NCBI GenBank assembly: GCA_031416075.1
Contig: JANOSY010000047.1
Location: 3,427-67,426 of the forward strand
Origin: Candidatus Tenderia sp.
GTDB lineage: Bacteria; Pseudomonadota; Gammaproteobacteria; Tenderiales; Tenderiaceae
Direction: 5' to 3'
DNA length: 64,000 nt
Shown here: piece after piece, positions 61,261 to 64,000 of the stretch
Numbering within the stretch: the first letter of the stretch is position 1
Layout: each line of letters opens with the position of its first letter
Notes under the pieces: generated by a model
Database searches by the model: none
Seen by the model: the letters and a program-made list of their open reading frames with translations, nothing else
What the model was told of the DNA's origin: nothing
Program-made: the position numbers and the translations under genes

Positions 61261-62265
61261 TTACTCATGTGAAACCAACTTCTGCAACGTCACCATCATC
61301 CAGTCGAGAATAAAACCGATGATTCCGATTGTGAGAACCGCCACCATAATTCGACCCAATGAGTTAGAGCTACCGTTCTGAAACTCATCCCAGACAAATT
61401 TTCCCAGACCGGGGTTCTGAGCCAGCATCTCAGCAGCGATCAATACCATCCAGCCAATGCCCAGCGAGATACGCAAGCCTGTAAAGATCATCGGTAATGC
61501 GGAGGGTATAGCAATTTTAAACACCTGCTCAATCCAGCTCAGACGCAAGACACGCGCAACGTTCGTCAGGTCACTGCTCATGGAGACCACACCCATAGCC
61601 GTATTGATAAGTGCCGGCCAAAGCGAGCACAACATAACGGTCACGGCTGAGGTGACAAAGGATTTTTGGAACATCGGATCATCACTCACATACACCGCAC
61701 TCACTACCATGGTGACAATAGGCAACCATGCTAAAGGAGATACCGGTTTGAATATCTGAATCAATGGCCCCACTGCGGTATAGAGTGTTTTACTCAAACC
61801 ACACGCTATCCCTAAAGGCACTGCAATGAGCGCTGCCATAACAAAGCCAGTGAATACTGTAATCAGGCTGGTAAATATCTGATCTACAAATGTGGGTTTG
61901 CCTGTATAGGGTCTGATTTTTACTTCGGCATTAGGATCTTCTGCCAATTTTTCTGCATTACGCAGCTCTTGACGTTCATAAAATGCCTCTTCCCTTAATC
62001 GCTCAGCATCATGCTGTTCAATCAATCCTTGAGCCTGTTCAAAGACCTCAATAGGCCCTGGCAATGTACCAAGACTGGTATTAACCTGTGCCGCCAGCCC
62101 TCCCCACAATAACAAAAACATAATAATCGCGATAACCGGGAGCCCTATAAATTTAAAAATATCAACCAGCTGTTCACGAGGATTTTCGCCTGTTACCAGA
62201 CGCACAGCTGGAGTCAACCATTGAAACCCTACTGTATCCATTACATGGATTATTCTATTTTTCAT
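61261..62265 (-). CDS. nasE: ABC transporter permease, NrtB/NasE family
   Basis: The BPD permease carries the EAA-like loop of NrtB-type proteins. The start is taken at MKNRIIHV, and the track ORF extends to 62331. Confidence 0.8.
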   Translation of the reverse strand: MKNRIIHVMDTVGFQWLTPAVRLVTGENPREQLVDIFKFIGLPVIAIIMFLLLWGGLAAQVNTSLGTLPGPIEVFEQAQGLIEQHDAERLREEAFYERQELRNAEKLAEDPNAEVKIRPYTGKPTFVDQIFTSLITVFTGFVMAALIAVPLGIACGLSKTLYTAVGPLIQIFKPVSPLAWLPIVTMVVSAVYVSDDPMFQKSFVTSAVTVMLCSLWPALINTAMGVVSMSSDLTNVARVLRLSWIEQVFKIAIPSALPMIFTGLRISLGIGWMVLIAAEMLAQNPGLGKFVWDEFQNGSSNSLGRIMVAVLTIGIIGFILDWMMVTLQKLVSHE

Positions 62266-62415
62266 AACGCCCTTCTCTCTCTTGCCACTCTTACCAACGT
62301 TAGCCGTCGTTATGGCGTCAGCCGTTACCAACTTGAGGAGTACGCTCCCCCCATCACGGGGGGAGCACTCTCCTGACTATGTTTTTGCTGTCTATTTAAC
62401 ACAGTCATCCGCCTC

Positions 62416-63795
62416 CTACTTCACCACTTCTGCGCCTTTCAGGCCAATTTTAAACTTGGTTAAATAATCATTAGGTTTGGTGCCATCATAGGTAATGCCG
62501 TCAATGAAATCCTTCTGTGGTGGACGGAAACCACTCTCTTTAACAAAGTCCGGAAACTCACTTGCCTTCATCTTACCTTCGGCAATCAGCTCTTTTGCAG
62601 CCTGGGCATAGATATCAGAGCGATATACTTTTTTGGCAATGTCCATATACCAACTATCAGGTTTTTGCTCGTCAATCTGTCCCCAACGACGCATCTGCGT
62701 CAGATACCAGATCGCATCAGAATAGTAGGGGTAAGTGGCGTTATAACGGAAGAAGACATTAAAATCAGGCACTGATCGTTTATCCCCTTTTTCGTATTCA
62801 AAGGTACCGGTCATTGAGTTATCAATCACTTTGACATCCGCACCTACATAATTTGGTTTAGAAAGTATCTTTGATGCCTCAACCCGATTGGCATTGTTAT
62901 TTTCGTCCAACCACTTAGCAGCACGAATCATCGCCTTAACGACACGAATATGAGTATTGGGGTTTTTTTCAGCCCACGCCTTATTTACACCAAACACTTT
63001 CTCAGGATTGTTTTTCCAAATCTCATAATCCGTAATAACGGGGACACCAATACCCTTAAAAACGGCCTGTTGATTCCACGGCTCACCCACACAATAACCG
63101 TCGATAGTACCGGCCTCCATGGTGCTAGGCATCTGTGGTGGTGGGGTTACCGAGAGCAGTGCATCGGCACCGATGTTGCCGGAGGTATCACCCTTGGCTG
63201 GCGCGTAGAAACCCGGATTGATTCCCCCCGCCGCAAGCCAGTAACGAAGCTCGTAATTATGGGTTGAGACAGGGAAGACCATTCCCATTTTGAAGGGCTT
63301 GCCTGCGCTCTTATATTTATCAATCACCGGCCTAAGTGCATCTGCCTTGATCGGATGAACAGGCTTTCCATTCTTCATTGGCACATGTTTTTTCATCTCA
63401 CTCCAAACATCATTAGAGACAGTAATTGCATTGCCATTAAGGTCCATCGAAAACGCAGTAATGATATCTGCTTTAGTCCCATAACCTATGGTGGCACCTA
63501 GCGGCTGCCCGGCTAACATGTGTGCGCCATCAAGTTCACCGTTAATCACGCGGTCAAGCAATACCTTCCAGTTCGCCTGAGCTTCAAGCGTTACATACAG
63601 CCCCTCATCTTCAAAAAACCGTTTTTCATAAGCGATGGCCAACGGTGCCATGTCAGTCAGCTTAATAAAACCAAATTTCAAATCCTCTTTTTCTGGCTTA
63701 CCTACTTCGGCATACACAGTCCCAACCATCCCCATCAGCATGGATGTCAGCAGACCAACACCCATCTTTTTGATAAAGGTACGTCTTTGTTTCAT
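62416..63795 (-). CDS. nasF: NrtA/NasF/CmpA-family periplasmic substrate-binding protein (nitrate/bicarbonate/cyanate type)
   Basis: A Tat-like leader [16 protein letters not shown] is present. The product is 459 aa with the NMT1/NrtA fold. Confidence 0.8.
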   Translation of the reverse strand: MKQRRTFIKKMGVGLLTSMLMGMVGTVYAEVGKPEKEDLKFGFIKLTDMAPLAIAYEKRFFEDEGLYVTLEAQANWKVLLDRVINGELDGAHMLAGQPLGATIGYGTKADIITAFSMDLNGNAITVSNDVWSEMKKHVPMKNGKPVHPIKADALRPVIDKYKSAGKPFKMGMVFPVSTHNYELRYWLAAGGINPGFYAPAKGDTSGNIGADALLSVTPPPQMPSTMEAGTIDGYCVGEPWNQQAVFKGIGVPVITDYEIWKNNPEKVFGVNKAWAEKNPNTHIRVVKAMIRAAKWLDENNNANRVEASKILSKPNYVGADVKVIDNSMTGTFEYEKGDKRSVPDFNVFFRYNATYPYYSDAIWYLTQMRRWGQIDEQKPDSWYMDIAKKVYRSDIYAQAAKELIAEGKMKASEFPDFVKESGFRPPQKDFIDGITYDGTKPNDYLTKFKIGLKGAEVVK

Positions 63796-64000
63796 CGGTA
63801 AACTCCTATTGTATTAAAAGTAAAAAAGCGCCCATTCGTGAATGATGTAATCACTACATCATCACCAATGGACGCCATTGTCCTTGTGCAGATCGCCATT
63901 GATCTGACTTGTATACACACTACCCAACGTTGGGTTTTAAGCCTCGCCGCCCATTACTGGCCAGTTAATATTTATCTCATAACAACATTTGCAACCGCTG

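Overview
This is a gammaproteobacterial chromosomal segment with no rRNA, tRNA, CRISPR, transposase or integrase that I could recognise. Most of it is housekeeping genes in blocks with E. coli-like synteny, interleaved with accessory modules. Running 5' to 3':
- **hfq block (minus strand):** hflC (partial), hflK, hflX, hfq, miaA.
- **clp block:** infA and clpA converge, followed by clpS and a cspD-like cold-shock gene.
- **icd block:** icd, then rluE, a NUDIX (nudJ-like) gene, mnmA, hflD and purB, ending in a terminator.
- **Iron uptake pair:** a cysteine-less cupredoxin with an FTR1/EfeU-type permease carrying two RExxE motifs.
- **Repair/cell-wall block (minus):** a 171-aa hypothetical, then mutL, amiB with a LysM domain, and tsaE.
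- **Minor-pilin operon:** fimT/gspH-like, pilV, pilW, pilX, an extra small secreted ORF, pilY1 (1129 aa, VWA plus beta-propeller) and pilE.
- **Succinate dehydrogenase operon (minus):** sdhCDAB fused to sdhE and cptA(ygfX), with ygfZ divergent.
- **Lap-type biofilm adhesion locus:**
  - Two tandem HDOD paralogs lie upstream.
  - lapG (BTLCP/DUF920 protease) and lapD (HAMP plus degenerate GGDEF/EAL) are on the plus strand.
  - They converge on a minus-strand operon: a 1727-aa RTX/Calx-beta adhesin with an N-terminal di-alanine LapG site, a type I secretion ABC transporter, an HlyD-family MFP, and a TolC-like outer membrane protein with a C-terminal OmpA domain.
- **Hsp70 module:** a grx-like gene, then a GC-rich, translationally coupled DUF2760 gene and two non-canonical Hsp70-family genes. 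The second is 927 aa with a ~320-aa tail of unknown function.
- **Remaining genes:** def and rmuC converge on this module. A class-V aminotransferase follows. Then comes a 633-aa DUF4157 protein with a second C-terminal HExxH motif next to a SIMPL/YggE gene, and finally a NasFED/NrtABD-type ABC transporter.

The candidates I consider most worth follow-up are the DUF2760–Hsp70–Hsp70 cluster, the double-HExxH DUF4157 protein, and the Lap locus with its TolC–OmpA fusion and an internal perfect ~320-bp direct repeat in the adhesin.

Coordinates of several starts are approximate, and every functional call rests on motif and family recognition by eye, not on database searches.
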